A DNA stretch of 64,000 nucleotides from assembly GCA_024742355.1 (NCBI GenBank), contig JANSYM010000003.1:75351-139350 (forward strand), written 5' to 3'. Below the pieces are notes generated by a model, which saw only the letters and a list, made by a program, of their open reading frames with translations, was not told the DNA's origin and ran no database searches. The DNA comes from Hyphomonadaceae bacterium (GTDB lineage Bacteria > Pseudomonadota > Alphaproteobacteria > Caulobacterales > Hyphomonadaceae). A program made the position numbers and the translations under genes. Positions 36,041 through 45,784 of the stretch are shown one piece after another. Numbering within the stretch: the stretch's first letter is position 1; each line of letters begins with the position of its first letter.

Positions 36041-38722
36041 ATGGCTGATGGCGCAAACGCAGACACCAAATGGGTCTATTCCTTTGGCGGCGGCAGCTCG
36101 GATGGCGGCGCCGCGCTGAAGAACCTGCTCGGCGGCAAAGGCGCAAACCTGGCTGAGATGGCGAGCCTGGGCCTGCCCGTCCCGCCCGGATTTACGCTGA
36201 CGACTGAAGTTTGCACCGCTTATTACGATCTCGATGAAGCCTATCCTGACGGGCTCGATGCTCAGGTCGATGCGGCGCTGAAAGCGCTGGAAGAAAAAGC
36301 CGGGAAGACGTTCGGAGACGCGGAAAATCCGCTGCTGGTTTCGGTCCGCTCCGGCGCGCGCGCTTCCATGCCGGGCATGATGGACACGGTGCTCAATCTC
36401 GGCCTGTCCGAAATCACGGTCCAGGGTCTCGCAGCCAAGGCCGGTGAGCGCTTTGCCTATGACAGCTATCGTCGTTTCATTCAGATGTATTCCAACGTCG
36501 TGCTCGGCCTGCGCCATGACACGTTCGAGTATATTCTGGACGATTACAAGGACAGCCAGGGCTTTGAACTCGATACAGAGATGGAGGCGGCTGACTGGAA
36601 AGAAATCGTCTCGCAATACAAGGCCGCTGTTCAGGAAAAGCTGGGCAAGCCGTTTCCGGATGATGCCCGCGAACAGCTCTGGGGCGCGATTGGCGCCGTG
36701 TTCGGGTCGTGGATGAATGACCGCGCCATCCTCTATCGCAAGCTGAATGACATCCCGGCCGAATGGGGCACGGCGGTCAATGTTCAGTCCATGGTGTTCG
36801 GGAATATGGGCGAGACGTCGGCGACCGGCGTGGCCTTTACCCGCGACCCGTCGACTGGCGGCAATACATTCTATGGCGAGTTCCTGACCAATGCGCAGGG
36901 CGAGGATGTGGTTGCGGGAATCCGTACTCCGGCCCCGATCAGCCGCGCGCGCGCCGATGAGCTGAAGTCAGACGAAGCCCCGCTCGAAGAGGTGATGCCT
37001 GCGGTCTACAAGCAGCTCACTGACGTCGCCGACACGCTGGAAGCGCATTATCGCGACATGCAGGATATCGAGTTCACCGTCGAGGACGGCACGCTCTACA
37101 TGCTGCAAACCCGCAACGGCAAACGCACCGCTGCGGCGGCGCTGAAGATCGCGGTCGACATGGCGAAAGAGGGCCTGATCAGCGAGGAAGAAGCGATCCT
37201 GCGGCTGGAGCCAGCGCAGCTGGACCAGCTCCTGCACCCGACCATTTCACCGAACGCGACCCGCGATGTTGTCGTCAAAGGCTTGCCCGCCAGTCCGGGC
37301 GCGGCGGTCGGACAGGTTGTGTTCGATTCCAACGAAGCGGCGCATCTGGCGGAAGCTGGCCGCGCCGTGATCCTGGTCCGGGTTGAGACCAGCCCGGAAG
37401 ATATTCATGGCATGCACGCAGCGCGCGCGATTGTGACGGCGCGCGGCGGCATGACCTCGCACGCCGCCGTTGTCGCGCGCGGCATGGGCCGGCCCTGTGT
37501 GTGCGGTGCCGGTGACTTGCAGATCGACACCGAGGCTGGTCTGTTCCGTGTCGGTGGCCGGGAGGTCAAGAAAGGCGAAATCATCACCGTCGATGGCGCC
37601 GAAGGTGAAGTCCTGTTCGGCGAGGTCGAGATGCAGCAGCCGGACCTGTCCGGCGATTTCGGCGTGCTGATGGGCTGGGCCGACAAGGTCCGCAAGCTGA
37701 ATGTCCGTACCAATGCCGAAACGCCAGCCGATGTGAACGTCGCAAGAGAATTCGGGGCCGAAGGCATCGGTCTTTGCCGCACAGAGCACATGTTCTTTGA
37801 CGCGGACCGCATTCCGGTCGTGCGCTCGATGATTCTGGCCGGAACCAAGGATGGACGGGAAGCGGCGCTCGAAAAGCTGCTGCCAATGCAACGCTCGGAT
37901 TTTGAAGAGATTTTCCGAATCATGGGCGAGCTGCCATGCACCATCCGACTGCTTGATCCGCCGCTGCACGAATTCATGCCGCACTCTGAGGCAGAGATGC
38001 AGGAGGTTGCGACCTCTTCCGGGATGGATGTGAAATCACTCAAGGCACAAGCCGATGCGCTGCATGAAAGCAATCCGATGCTCGGCCATCGTGGCTGCCG
38101 ACTCGGGATTACCTATCCCGAGATCTACGCCATGCAGGCGCGGGCGATTTTTGAGGCCGCGGTTCAGGTCGCGAAAGAGACGGGCGCCAAGCCAGTACCG
38201 GAAGTGATGATCCCGCTGGTCGGGACGCGCAAGGAACTGGATATCCTGAAAGCCGTTGTCGACGCGGCGGCAAAGGCTGTGTTCGCGGAAACTGGCACAG
38301 AACTCGACTATCTGGTCGGCACCATGATCGAGCTTCCGCGCGCTGCGCTGCGGGCCGGGCAGATCGCCGAAACGGCCGAGTTCTTCTCGTTCGGGACGAA
38401 TGACCTGACCCAGACTACGCTTGGCATTTCACGCGATGATGCCGGCCGATTCCTGACCTCGTATGAGGAGCAGGGCATTTATGAAAAAGACCCGTTCGTG
38501 ACCATCGACCAGGATGGTGTCGGCGAGCTGGTCCGCACCGCCGCAGAGCGCGGTCGGAACACGCGATCCGGCATCAAGCTCGGCATTTGCGGTGAGCATG
38601 GCGGCGATCCGGCCTCAGTGATTTTCTGTCACAATATTGGCCTCGATTATGTGTCCTGTTCGCCTTATAGGGTGCCAATCGCGCGCCTGGCAGCCGCGCA
38701 TGCTGTCTTGAATCAGGACTAA
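36041..38722 (+). CDS. ppdK: Pyruvate, phosphate dikinase
   Basis: LGGKGANLAEM, GGMTSHAAVVARG (phospho-His) and FSFGTNDLTQ motifs. Confidence 0.97.
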   Translation: MADGANADTKWVYSFGGGSSDGGAALKNLLGGKGANLAEMASLGLPVPPGFTLTTEVCTAYYDLDEAYPDGLDAQVDAALKALEEKAGKTFGDAENPLLVSVRSGARASMPGMMDTVLNLGLSEITVQGLAAKAGERFAYDSYRRFIQMYSNVVLGLRHDTFEYILDDYKDSQGFELDTEMEAADWKEIVSQYKAAVQEKLGKPFPDDAREQLWGAIGAVFGSWMNDRAILYRKLNDIPAEWGTAVNVQSMVFGNMGETSATGVAFTRDPSTGGNTFYGEFLTNAQGEDVVAGIRTPAPISRARADELKSDEAPLEEVMPAVYKQLTDVADTLEAHYRDMQDIEFTVEDGTLYMLQTRNGKRTAAAALKIAVDMAKEGLISEEEAILRLEPAQLDQLLHPTISPNATRDVVVKGLPASPGAAVGQVVFDSNEAAHLAEAGRAVILVRVETSPEDIHGMHAARAIVTARGGMTSHAAVVARGMGRPCVCGAGDLQIDTEAGLFRVGGREVKKGEIITVDGAEGEVLFGEVEMQQPDLSGDFGVLMGWADKVRKLNVRTNAETPADVNVAREFGAEGIGLCRTEHMFFDADRIPVVRSMILAGTKDGREAALEKLLPMQRSDFEEIFRIMGELPCTIRLLDPPLHEFMPHSEAEMQEVATSSGMDVKSLKAQADALHESNPMLGHRGCRLGITYPEIYAMQARAIFEAAVQVAKETGAKPVPEVMIPLVGTRKELDILKAVVDAAAKAVFAETGTELDYLVGTMIELPRAALRAGQIAETAEFFSFGTNDLTQTTLGISRDDAGRFLTSYEEQGIYEKDPFVTIDQDGVGELVRTAAERGRNTRSGIKLGICGEHGGDPASVIFCHNIGLDYVSCSPYRVPIARLAAAHAVLNQD

Positions 38723-38815
38723 GAATCGCGCTTTTGGGTGGTTTTGTTTCACAATCGCAATAAATTGTGATCTGGCGAACTGTGTCTTGCGCGCAACAAT
38801 ATTTGGGTGCGCCGT

Positions 38816-38838
38816 TTTGGTTAAAAGAGTTAACCAAA
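38816..38838. promoter_or_regulatory. 9-bp inverted repeat containing CtrA half-site-like TTAACC
   Basis: TTTGGTTAA-AAGAG-TTAACCAAA in an AT-rich region upstream of the cell wall hydrolase. Confidence 0.4.
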
Positions 38839-39095
38839 TCTTGATTTTGCAATGAATCCCGCCATTTAGAGCGCTGCCAAGCTTAACAGGCCGTAATTCA
38901 GGGCACATTCAGCTCAGATCGGGCATGAGAAATCGGAGCTTTGTGACAGAAAATAGAATTGATTTTCTAGGCTGGCAGGAAATATGCAGCACACAAGAAC
39001 GTAATCCAGGACGGCATGAAGGCCGCGATCAAAAGGAAGAGTTTGGCACTTGTAGAGTTTAGACGCTGCAAGGGTGGTGGGAACAGAAGACGACA

Positions 39096-40145
39096 ATGAC
39101 TGACGTATCGAAAAACCCGATGACGGGCGCTTCAGTGACCGCGCGTATTCAGCGCTGGTGGAAAGCGCAGACATCGGCCCATCAGAGAAAGAAGTTCACG
39201 CACGGGGCGCTCGGCGCGTCTTGCTTCAGCGCCTTTGTGCTTGCCATGCCGATGATCTCGACGGTCAATGCAGACCAGCAGAGCGCTGAACAGTTCCGTG
39301 ATCGCAGCGCCCAGCTCGCCGAAATCCGCGAAGAAGAGATCGAAGTCACCTCTGCGCTGACAGATCAGTCTGTCCTGCTCAGCCATGACTGGTTGCGTAC
39401 GGTTGAATTCTCGCTGCAGCGCGACCCAAGTTCTGCGCTCAGCCGCTATGCCGCTTATGATCGCGACAAAGCCGCCATTCGCAGCGTCGTTTCTCTGGAA
39501 GTGCCGAAGCGCACCGAAGCGGAAAACATGCTGGCGCAAACCGAATGCCTGGCCACCGCGATCTATTACGAAGCGCGCAGCGAAGTTTATCAGGGTCAGC
39601 TCGGCGTTGCCGAAGTGATCATGAACCGTGTGAACGATCACCGCTATCCGAACTCGGTCTGTGACGTTGTCTATCAAGGCGCGACCCGCACCACCGGTTG
39701 CCAGTTCACTTTCACCTGCGACGGCGCGATGAGCAAGAAACCGCGCGGCGAGAAATGGCAGAAGGCTCAGACCATCGCGGCGCACGTCATGATGGACCTG
39801 AATGAGGGCCATACGGGCGGCGCGACGCACTATCACGCCACCTACGTGAACCCGGTCTGGAATTCCGGCCTGATCAAGACCAACAAGATCGGCACTCACA
39901 TTTTCTATCGCTTCCCTCGCGGCGGCGAATGGTCGGTTGCCTCTGCACGCCAGGCCGCCCGTCTGGCGCAGCGCCGAGCCGGTGTCACCACACTGGTGCC
40001 TGCTGAAGCGGCTGTCACGGCAACGCCAGAAGTGCTGACGCCTTCTGATGAGCCTGTCGAAACCGAAATGACGGTGGCAGATCTGAACGCGCAAGCCCTG
40101 GAACGGGTTCAGGAGCGCGAACTGATCGATGCGATTGGCGGCTAA
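39096..40145 (+). CDS. Cell wall hydrolase, SleB/Hydrolase_2 family
   Basis: CLATAIYYEAR, VIMNRV, CQFTFTCDG and ATHYHATYVNPVW motifs. Confidence 0.92.
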   Translation: MTDVSKNPMTGASVTARIQRWWKAQTSAHQRKKFTHGALGASCFSAFVLAMPMISTVNADQQSAEQFRDRSAQLAEIREEEIEVTSALTDQSVLLSHDWLRTVEFSLQRDPSSALSRYAAYDRDKAAIRSVVSLEVPKRTEAENMLAQTECLATAIYYEARSEVYQGQLGVAEVIMNRVNDHRYPNSVCDVVYQGATRTTGCQFTFTCDGAMSKKPRGEKWQKAQTIAAHVMMDLNEGHTGGATHYHATYVNPVWNSGLIKTNKIGTHIFYRFPRGGEWSVASARQAARLAQRRAGVTTLVPAEAAVTATPEVLTPSDEPVETEMTVADLNAQALERVQERELIDAIGG

Positions 40146-40151
40146 GGCCGG

Positions 40152-40961
40152 CTAGTCGCGGTCTGGAAGACCCTCGACAATCTGTTTCTTGATCCGTCCC
40201 GGCATGAACCGGGCGGCAAAGCGCGCCTGTTTGGCGCGTTTGCCCGCCATATAGTGCACATCCTTGCCATGCGCCGCTTCCCAGGCGGTCTCGGCCGCCA
40301 GTGAAACCGGGTAGACATCCTGGCCCTGGGCGCGGATCTCGTCCGCCATCTTGACGTTGGAGCCCTCGGTCGCGCCCATGTCGAGGATCGGCGTGTCGAT
40401 AAACCAGGGCATCAGGCTGGTGCAGCGAATCCCGAGCCCGGACAGCTCAACATCCAGCGCCTCAGTCAGACCGCGGACAGCAAACTTGGTGGCCGAATAC
40501 ACGGCCAGGCGCGGCGATCCGATAATGCCCGCCGTGGAGGCCGTGTTCACGATCCGCGCACCGGCCGTCTCCTTCAGCAAAGGCAAAGCGGCATAGACGC
40601 CATTCACCACGCCTTTGACATTCACGTCGATGACAAGGTCAGACTCTTCAGGTGGAATATCTTCAAACCAGCCATGCCGTCCGATGCCGGCATTGTTGAA
40701 CAGGACGTCCATCTTGCCGCCGGTCGCATCGCTGAACCCGGCAATGGCTGCTTTCCAGTCGTCGCGTTTGGTGACGTCGAGGCGGGCAACATGGCAGTTC
40801 TCCTCGCCAAGTTCCCGGGCCACATCCGCCAGGCCGCTCTCGTCGATATCATAGAGACCGCAATACCAGCCGCGCGACTGGAACAGACGCGCCGTTTCCG
40901 CGCCAATGCCGGAAGCTGCGCCGGTGATGAATATGGACTTCCGCCCGTTTGCCGCGCTCAT
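40152..40961 (-). CDS. SDR family oxidoreductase
   Basis: TGAASGIG, NNAG and YSATK motifs. Confidence 0.92.
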   Translation of the reverse strand: MSAANGRKSIFITGAASGIGAETARLFQSRGWYCGLYDIDESGLADVARELGEENCHVARLDVTKRDDWKAAIAGFSDATGGKMDVLFNNAGIGRHGWFEDIPPEESDLVIDVNVKGVVNGVYAALPLLKETAGARIVNTASTAGIIGSPRLAVYSATKFAVRGLTEALDVELSGLGIRCTSLMPWFIDTPILDMGATEGSNVKMADEIRAQGQDVYPVSLAAETAWEAAHGKDVHYMAGKRAKQARFAARFMPGRIKKQIVEGLPDRD

Positions 40962-40996
40962 GATATCCTCCTGCCAGGTCGTTTATTGACGACAGG

Positions 40997-41854
40997 TCAG
41001 AGGATATCGAGCCCGAGGTCAAGATTTGACGCAGAGTGAGTGAGCGCGCCGGACGAGATATAGTCGACGCCGGTTTCCGCCTTGGCGGCGACAGTTTCCA
41101 GCGTGATGCCGCCACTCGCCTCGGCAAGGCATTGGCCATCAATCATCGCGACTGCTTCGCGCAGCAGGTCTGGCGCCATATTGTCGAGCAGCACAGCGTG
41201 CGGTTTGTGCGGCAGGGCCTCTGCGAGCTGGTCGAGCGTATCGACTTCAATCTCGATCATGCGCAAGTGCCCGGCATAAGCGTGGGCGCGTTGCAAGGCT
41301 TCAGCGATCGAGCCAGAGGCGGCAATGTGATTGTCCTTGATCAGGATCGCATCATCGAGGCCGTAGCGGTGCGAGGTGCCGCCGCCGCAGCGTACGGCGC
41401 GTTTTTCGACCGCGCGATGCCCGGGCGTTGTCTTTCGCGTGCAGACGATCTTGGCTTTGGTGTGCGCGATCTTCTCGGCAAAGGCGCTGGTCAGGGTGGC
41501 GATACCGGACAGGCGGCCCAGGAAGTTCAGCATGGTTCGCTCGGCGATCAGGATCGACCGGGCATCGCCTTGCATGACCGCAATTGTGTCTCCAGGACCG
41601 ATCGGATCGCCATCGGCTTTTTGCTCATCGAGGGAAACTGACCCGCCGACGAGTTTGAGCGTGTATCGGGCTGCGTCCATGCCTGCCAGGCGTCCGGGCG
41701 CACGTGCCCGCAAATGCGCGGTGAGCTGTGTGCCTGGCTTGATCGTCGCGTCTGTGGTCAGGTCGCCGGCGCGGCCAAGATCTTCGGCCAGGGCAAGACG
41801 CACGAGCGGGTCGAGGACGATATCGGGCAAAGGCGGTGGCGGAATAAAACTCAT
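40997..41854 (-). CDS. nadC: Nicotinate-nucleotide diphosphorylase (carboxylating)
   Basis: EDLG..GDLT, TRKTTPG, LIKDNH, EIEVD, LLDN and EASGG motifs. Confidence 0.96.
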   Translation of the reverse strand: MSFIPPPPLPDIVLDPLVRLALAEDLGRAGDLTTDATIKPGTQLTAHLRARAPGRLAGMDAARYTLKLVGGSVSLDEQKADGDPIGPGDTIAVMQGDARSILIAERTMLNFLGRLSGIATLTSAFAEKIAHTKAKIVCTRKTTPGHRAVEKRAVRCGGGTSHRYGLDDAILIKDNHIAASGSIAEALQRAHAYAGHLRMIEIEVDTLDQLAEALPHKPHAVLLDNMAPDLLREAVAMIDGQCLAEASGGITLETVAAKAETGVDYISSGALTHSASNLDLGLDIL

Positions 41855-43416
41855 GAGACAGGTTCCAGTATCGGAGCGGAATTGGTGTCGAGGGACAGAA
41901 AGGTGCGGGCCGGGTCTGTCTGCGTACCCGGAAAATCGCTGCGGAAATGGCCGCCGCGACTTTCCTCACGCTTGAGCGCGGCAGACGCGATCAGGCGGGC
42001 GGCGACCAGCGTTCTGGCCGGACCATGGTTGCGTTCCAGAGCGTTTATTTCGTCGAGGAGCGCCGCTAATGCGGGCGCGTCTCTGACGACGCCGCATTTG
42101 GTCGCCATATGTTGACGCAGTTCCTGCAAAGCCTCGTCTGGAATGTCGGCTGGCAGCTCGCCGCGGCTCTCGCCAGCAAGTTTCAGGTCTGAGTCGCGCA
42201 GGCGGTCGGCAATTCGCGCCGCCATGACAACGGCTTCCAGCAGCGAGTTCGAGGCCAGGCGGTTCGCCCCGTGCGCCCCGGTGCTGGAACATTCGCCGCA
42301 GACGCTCAAGCCGTTCAGGCTGGAGCGGCCCCAGGTATCGGATAGAATCCCGCCCATATGATAGTGCATAGCGGGCGCGACCGGGATGGTTGCCTGTCGC
42401 GGATCGATGCCCGCCGCCATGCACGCGGCAAAGACGGTCGGGAAGTGATCCTTGATATGATCACCGATCGCGTCGCGGGTATCGAGATAGACTTTGCGGC
42501 CTTCCGACAGCTCGGTATGGATCGCGCGCGCAACCTCATCGCGAGGGGCCAGCTCGGCCTGCGGATGATAGCGCGACATGAAGGACTGACCATCTGCGCC
42601 GGTCAGGACCGCACCTTCGCCGCGCAAGGCTTCGGTGGCGAGCGGCGAGGGATCGAGGCCGACATCCATGGCGGTCGGGTGAAACTGCACAAATTCGGGA
42701 TCGGCGATCACGGCGCCGATTGACCAGGCCATGGCGAGTGCATCGCCGCGCGCTTGGGGTGGATTGGTGGTCACCCGGAACAGGCCGCCGGACCCGCCTG
42801 TGCACAAGACGGTTTCGGGGCTGGTAAACGTCGATGTGCGTCCGCGCGCATCCTTCAGGATCGCACCGGCGACGCGGCCCTTGTCATCCTGCAGCAGACC
42901 AACCGCGCGCGCATGCTCGATGATCCGGATGTGTCCGGCTGCTTTCACGGCCGCCGTCAAGGCGCCCATAATGGCTTTCCCGGCGAGGTCCCCGGCAACG
43001 CGAGCAACGCGGGGGTGTGAATGGGCGGCTTCCAGGCTGAGCGCCAGGCGACCATCTGGTGTGCGGTCGAATGGAACGCCGAGTTCAATCAGGTCACGTA
43101 CACGTTTCGGGCCGTCTTCGGCGATGAGCTTGGCAATCGCCGGATCGACCAGGCCGGCGCCGGCGACAACCGTATCGGCCGCGTGCCGTTCCGGACTGTC
43201 CTGTGGATGCAGCGCGGCGGCGAGGCCGCCCTGGGCCCACGCCGAAGACGCGGCCTGTCCAAGCGGCGCAGGCGAAATAATGGTGCAAGGGCGCGGCGCC
43301 AGGCGCAGGGCGAGGAACAAGCCGGCCAATCCGGCCCCGACAATCAGAATGCGCGCATCGCCTGCTGCAGCAGGGGCGGTATATGTTTCGGGCCGAGGCC
43401 CGCCCATTGTGGTCAA
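41851..43416 (-). CDS. nadB: L-aspartate oxidase
   Basis: GAGLAG, SAWAQGG, EAAHS, QFHPT, HYHMGG and GANRLASNSLLE motifs; likely TTG start overlapping the upstream stop. Confidence 0.93.
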   Translation of the reverse strand: MTTMGGPRPETYTAPAAAGDARILIVGAGLAGLFLALRLAPRPCTIISPAPLGQAASSAWAQGGLAAALHPQDSPERHAADTVVAGAGLVDPAIAKLIAEDGPKRVRDLIELGVPFDRTPDGRLALSLEAAHSHPRVARVAGDLAGKAIMGALTAAVKAAGHIRIIEHARAVGLLQDDKGRVAGAILKDARGRTSTFTSPETVLCTGGSGGLFRVTTNPPQARGDALAMAWSIGAVIADPEFVQFHPTAMDVGLDPSPLATEALRGEGAVLTGADGQSFMSRYHPQAELAPRDEVARAIHTELSEGRKVYLDTRDAIGDHIKDHFPTVFAACMAAGIDPRQATIPVAPAMHYHMGGILSDTWGRSSLNGLSVCGECSSTGAHGANRLASNSLLEAVVMAARIADRLRDSDLKLAGESRGELPADIPDEALQELRQHMATKCGVVRDAPALAALLDEINALERNHGPARTLVAARLIASAALKREESRGGHFRSDFPGTQTDPARTFLSLDTNSAPILEPVS

Positions 43417-43841
43417 GAAATGCCCCCTTCGGCTCTCTTCCATTCTGCCGGCAAGACACTGCCAGCACTGACCAGCGCGCCATGCATGCGGGATGCCGAC
43501 TGGATAGTCAGGGTAAAATTATCGGGCGCGTAAAACGGGCTTTCGAATCCGTTGATGAACTCGACGATCCGGCAGCGTACCGAGAGCTGGTTGCCAAGCA
43601 CCGAAGCGCTGCAGTCTTGCCGGACAAGATAATCCTCGGGCAGGTCCGTACAGCTTTGGCGCGCTGTCAGCTCGCCGGTATAGCTTGTCTCATCGGTTTT
43701 CTCGAGGACCGCCGTACCACCGAAACTGCAATTATCAGAGATGTTCGCGGAGAAGGTCCATTGTCCGGCAATATTGGTGTCTGCCTGAACCGTGGGAGCG
43801 AGCAGTGAAAGGGACAGGAAGGCGACCAGCCAGCGGATCAT
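43413..43841 (-). CDS. Hypothetical secreted protein (paralog A)
   Basis: Signal peptide ending VQA-D; Cys-rich beta-strand protein; YAPDNFTLTIQ. Confidence 0.8.
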   Translation of the reverse strand: MIRWLVAFLSLSLLAPTVQADTNIAGQWTFSANISDNCSFGGTAVLEKTDETSYTGELTARQSCTDLPEDYLVRQDCSASVLGNQLSVRCRIVEFINGFESPFYAPDNFTLTIQSASRMHGALVSAGSVLPAEWKRAEGGIS

Positions 43842-44290
43842 GAGATTCCGTCTTCCGATCGTCGAAACTCAACCGGTGCCGTCGCCGCAGAAACCAGGGC
43901 GCCCCACATTCTGGTATGGTCCTGAATGGTCAGGCTGAAATTGTCAGGCACATAGATCAGACCTTCAATCTTCGCTTCCAGCATCTGCGTGATTTGCGAA
44001 CGGACTGAAACCTGATTGCCAAACCGGCGGGCCTTGCACGACTGCTCGACCACGGAACGGCCCCACATGGAGCAGACTTCGACAGCGGTGAGTTCGCACT
44101 CATACAGGCCGTCTTCCGGATGCGAACTGAGGCGCATCGTGCCTGTCATGATGCACTGGCCTTGACGGTAGGGCTTGGTCTGGAAGCTCCAGGAGCCAAG
44201 CACATCCGACGGGTCCTTGGTGTCGGCTTGAGCAGGGAGCAAGGCGAGGCCGAACAGTGCCGCAATACATGCGGTTACGAGCTTCGCCAT
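43838..44290 (-). CDS. Hypothetical secreted protein (paralog B)
   Basis: Signal peptide ending AQA-D; YVPDNFSLTIQ; ATGA overlap with paralog A. Confidence 0.8.
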   Translation of the reverse strand: MAKLVTACIAALFGLALLPAQADTKDPSDVLGSWSFQTKPYRQGQCIMTGTMRLSSHPEDGLYECELTAVEVCSMWGRSVVEQSCKARRFGNQVSVRSQITQMLEAKIEGLIYVPDNFSLTIQDHTRMWGALVSAATAPVEFRRSEDGIS

Positions 44291-44351
44291 GACAGACTCC
44301 TCTTGATCACGTTGAAATCACCTTACTCGGCGATGTGGCGGCGACAAGGCA

Positions 44352-45500
44352 TCAACTGGGTGAAAATACTTCAATCTCCATCGGCTTGAGACCTGTCTCA
44401 AATGCCAGTGGATTTTCCATTTTCGGCAGCGCCAGCATGGCGTCGATGGCCTGTTTCGCACGCACACGCACAGATTCTTCAATCGTCACTTCATGCTTCA
44501 TCTCGATCAGGCAATCGAGAATGTTCTCGAGCGTGATCTGCTTCATGTGCGGGCAAAGATTGCACGGGCGCACGAAGTCGACGCCGGGATTCTCGGTCGC
44601 GACATTGTCCGACATCGAACACTCAGTCAGCAACACGACCTTGGCCGGGCTTTCATCCTTCACATAATTGGCAAGCGCCGCGGTGGAGCCAGCAAAGTCG
44701 GCGGCTTCGAGCACATCCGGCGGACATTCCGGGTGGGCGAGAATGACCACGCCAGGGTGCGCCTCGCGCAGGGCGTCGACATCATCGGCGCTGAACAACT
44801 CATGCACCTCACAGGCGCCGGGCCAGGTGATGATGCGAATATCGGTCTGGGCCGCGACATTCTTGGCGAGATACTGGTCCGGAACCAGAACCACGGTGTC
44901 GGTGTTCCATTCCTTGGCGATCGCCTCGACAACCTGCGCGGCATTGGAGCTGGTGCAGGTAATGTGGCACTCGGCTTTCACGTCGGCCGTCGTGTTGACA
45001 TAGGTGACGACGGGATAGTCGGGATAACGCTCCTTGATCAGGCGCACATCGGTGCCGGTGATCGAACTCGCCAGCGAGCAGCCGGCTTCCAGGCTGGAAA
45101 TCAGAACGGTCTTGCTGGGGGCGAGGATCTTCGAGGTCTCGGCCATGAAGTGGACGCCCGCCTGGACGATAATGTCGGCATCGACCTCGGCGGCTTCACG
45201 GGCGAGCTGCAAACTGTCGCCCCGGAAATCGCCAACCAGGCGGAAAATGTCCGGTGTCATGTAATTATGGGCCAGAATGACAGCATTCTTCTCAGCCTTG
45301 AGATCGTTGATCGCGGCCACCAGGGGGGCCACGGCCGGCCATTCCATTGGCGTGATGAAATCGTTCACCAGCGGGTACAGATGGTCCGTCTTGGCTTTGA
45401 CATCATCATCATAAGCCAGGCCTCGCGCTTCTGCGGCGGTGGCCGCGCGCAGCGGGGTCGGGGTCGGACATCCAGGTCCGGAATCAATCAGTCTTGCCAT
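44352..45500 (-). CDS. nadA: Quinolinate synthase
   Basis: LAHNY, GDSLQL, GVHFMAET, AGCSLA, YVNTTA, HPEC and CNLCPHMK motifs. Confidence 0.96.
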   Translation of the reverse strand: MARLIDSGPGCPTPTPLRAATAAEARGLAYDDDVKAKTDHLYPLVNDFITPMEWPAVAPLVAAINDLKAEKNAVILAHNYMTPDIFRLVGDFRGDSLQLAREAAEVDADIIVQAGVHFMAETSKILAPSKTVLISSLEAGCSLASSITGTDVRLIKERYPDYPVVTYVNTTADVKAECHITCTSSNAAQVVEAIAKEWNTDTVVLVPDQYLAKNVAAQTDIRIITWPGACEVHELFSADDVDALREAHPGVVILAHPECPPDVLEAADFAGSTAALANYVKDESPAKVVLLTECSMSDNVATENPGVDFVRPCNLCPHMKQITLENILDCLIEMKHEVTIEESVRVRAKQAIDAMLALPKMENPLAFETGLKPMEIEVFSPS

Positions 45501-45512
45501 ATCAGCCTCCTG

Positions 45513-45533
45513 TTATGCTCAATCTGAGCATTA
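45513..45533. promoter_or_regulatory. NadQ-type operator (proximal)
   Basis: TTATGCTCA-ATC-TGAGCATTA palindrome 12 nt upstream of nadA; fits ttATRCTCannntGAGYATaa. Confidence 0.8.
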
Positions 45534-45602
45534 TATGGGCGCGAAGAAGCTCGAGTTCAAGAATCGGCCTCAAAAATCAGAGAAACCCATCACGCCCCAC
45601 CC

Positions 45603-45623
45603 TTATGCTACGGGTGAGCAAAA
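45603..45623. promoter_or_regulatory. NadQ-type operator (distal, degenerate)
   Basis: TTATGCTAC-GGG-TGAGCAAAA. Confidence 0.55.
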
Positions 45624-45706
45624 GCCCAATAGAGCAAAAAAACCGACAAGGCAAGACAATCTTCGATCGTGACTCCTGCAGTGGTCACAACACAGTGCGA
45701 GCGCTG

Positions 45707-45722
45707 TTAAGACTCTGTTAAC
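45707..45722 (+). promoter_or_regulatory. CtrA box with a GANTC site in its spacer
   Basis: TTAA-GACTCTG-TTAAC, a perfect TTAA-N7-TTAAC; GACTC at 45711-45715. Confidence 0.7.
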
Positions 45723-45740
45723 GATAAACTTCTTGCGGGA

Positions 45741-45780
45741 GAACAAAAGATGAATATAGATATTGGAACACAAGGAGAAC
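45741..45780 (+). promoter_or_regulatory. Two alphaproteobacterial LexA boxes
   Basis: GAAC-N7-GAAT (45741-45755) and perfect GAAC-N7-GAAC (45766-45780) overlapping the AAGGAG RBS. Confidence 0.72.
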
Positions 45781-45784
45781 AAAG

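Noticed and set aside
37700-38700. Possible mosaic lower-GC 3' half of ppdK
   Set aside because: Spot counts (30/60 and 33/60 versus 37/60) differ too little to call without a proper sliding-window analysis.
38821-38833. Canonical CtrA box (also 2602-2614)
   Set aside because: The TTAA half-sites are spaced by 5 nt, not 7. The 38816-38838 site is kept only as an inverted repeat with half-sites.
40987-40999. TGAC-N5-GTCA upstream of the SDR gene as an FNR box
   Set aside because: The spacing and half-sites do not fit TTGAT-N4-ATCAA, and it overlaps the nadC stop codon.
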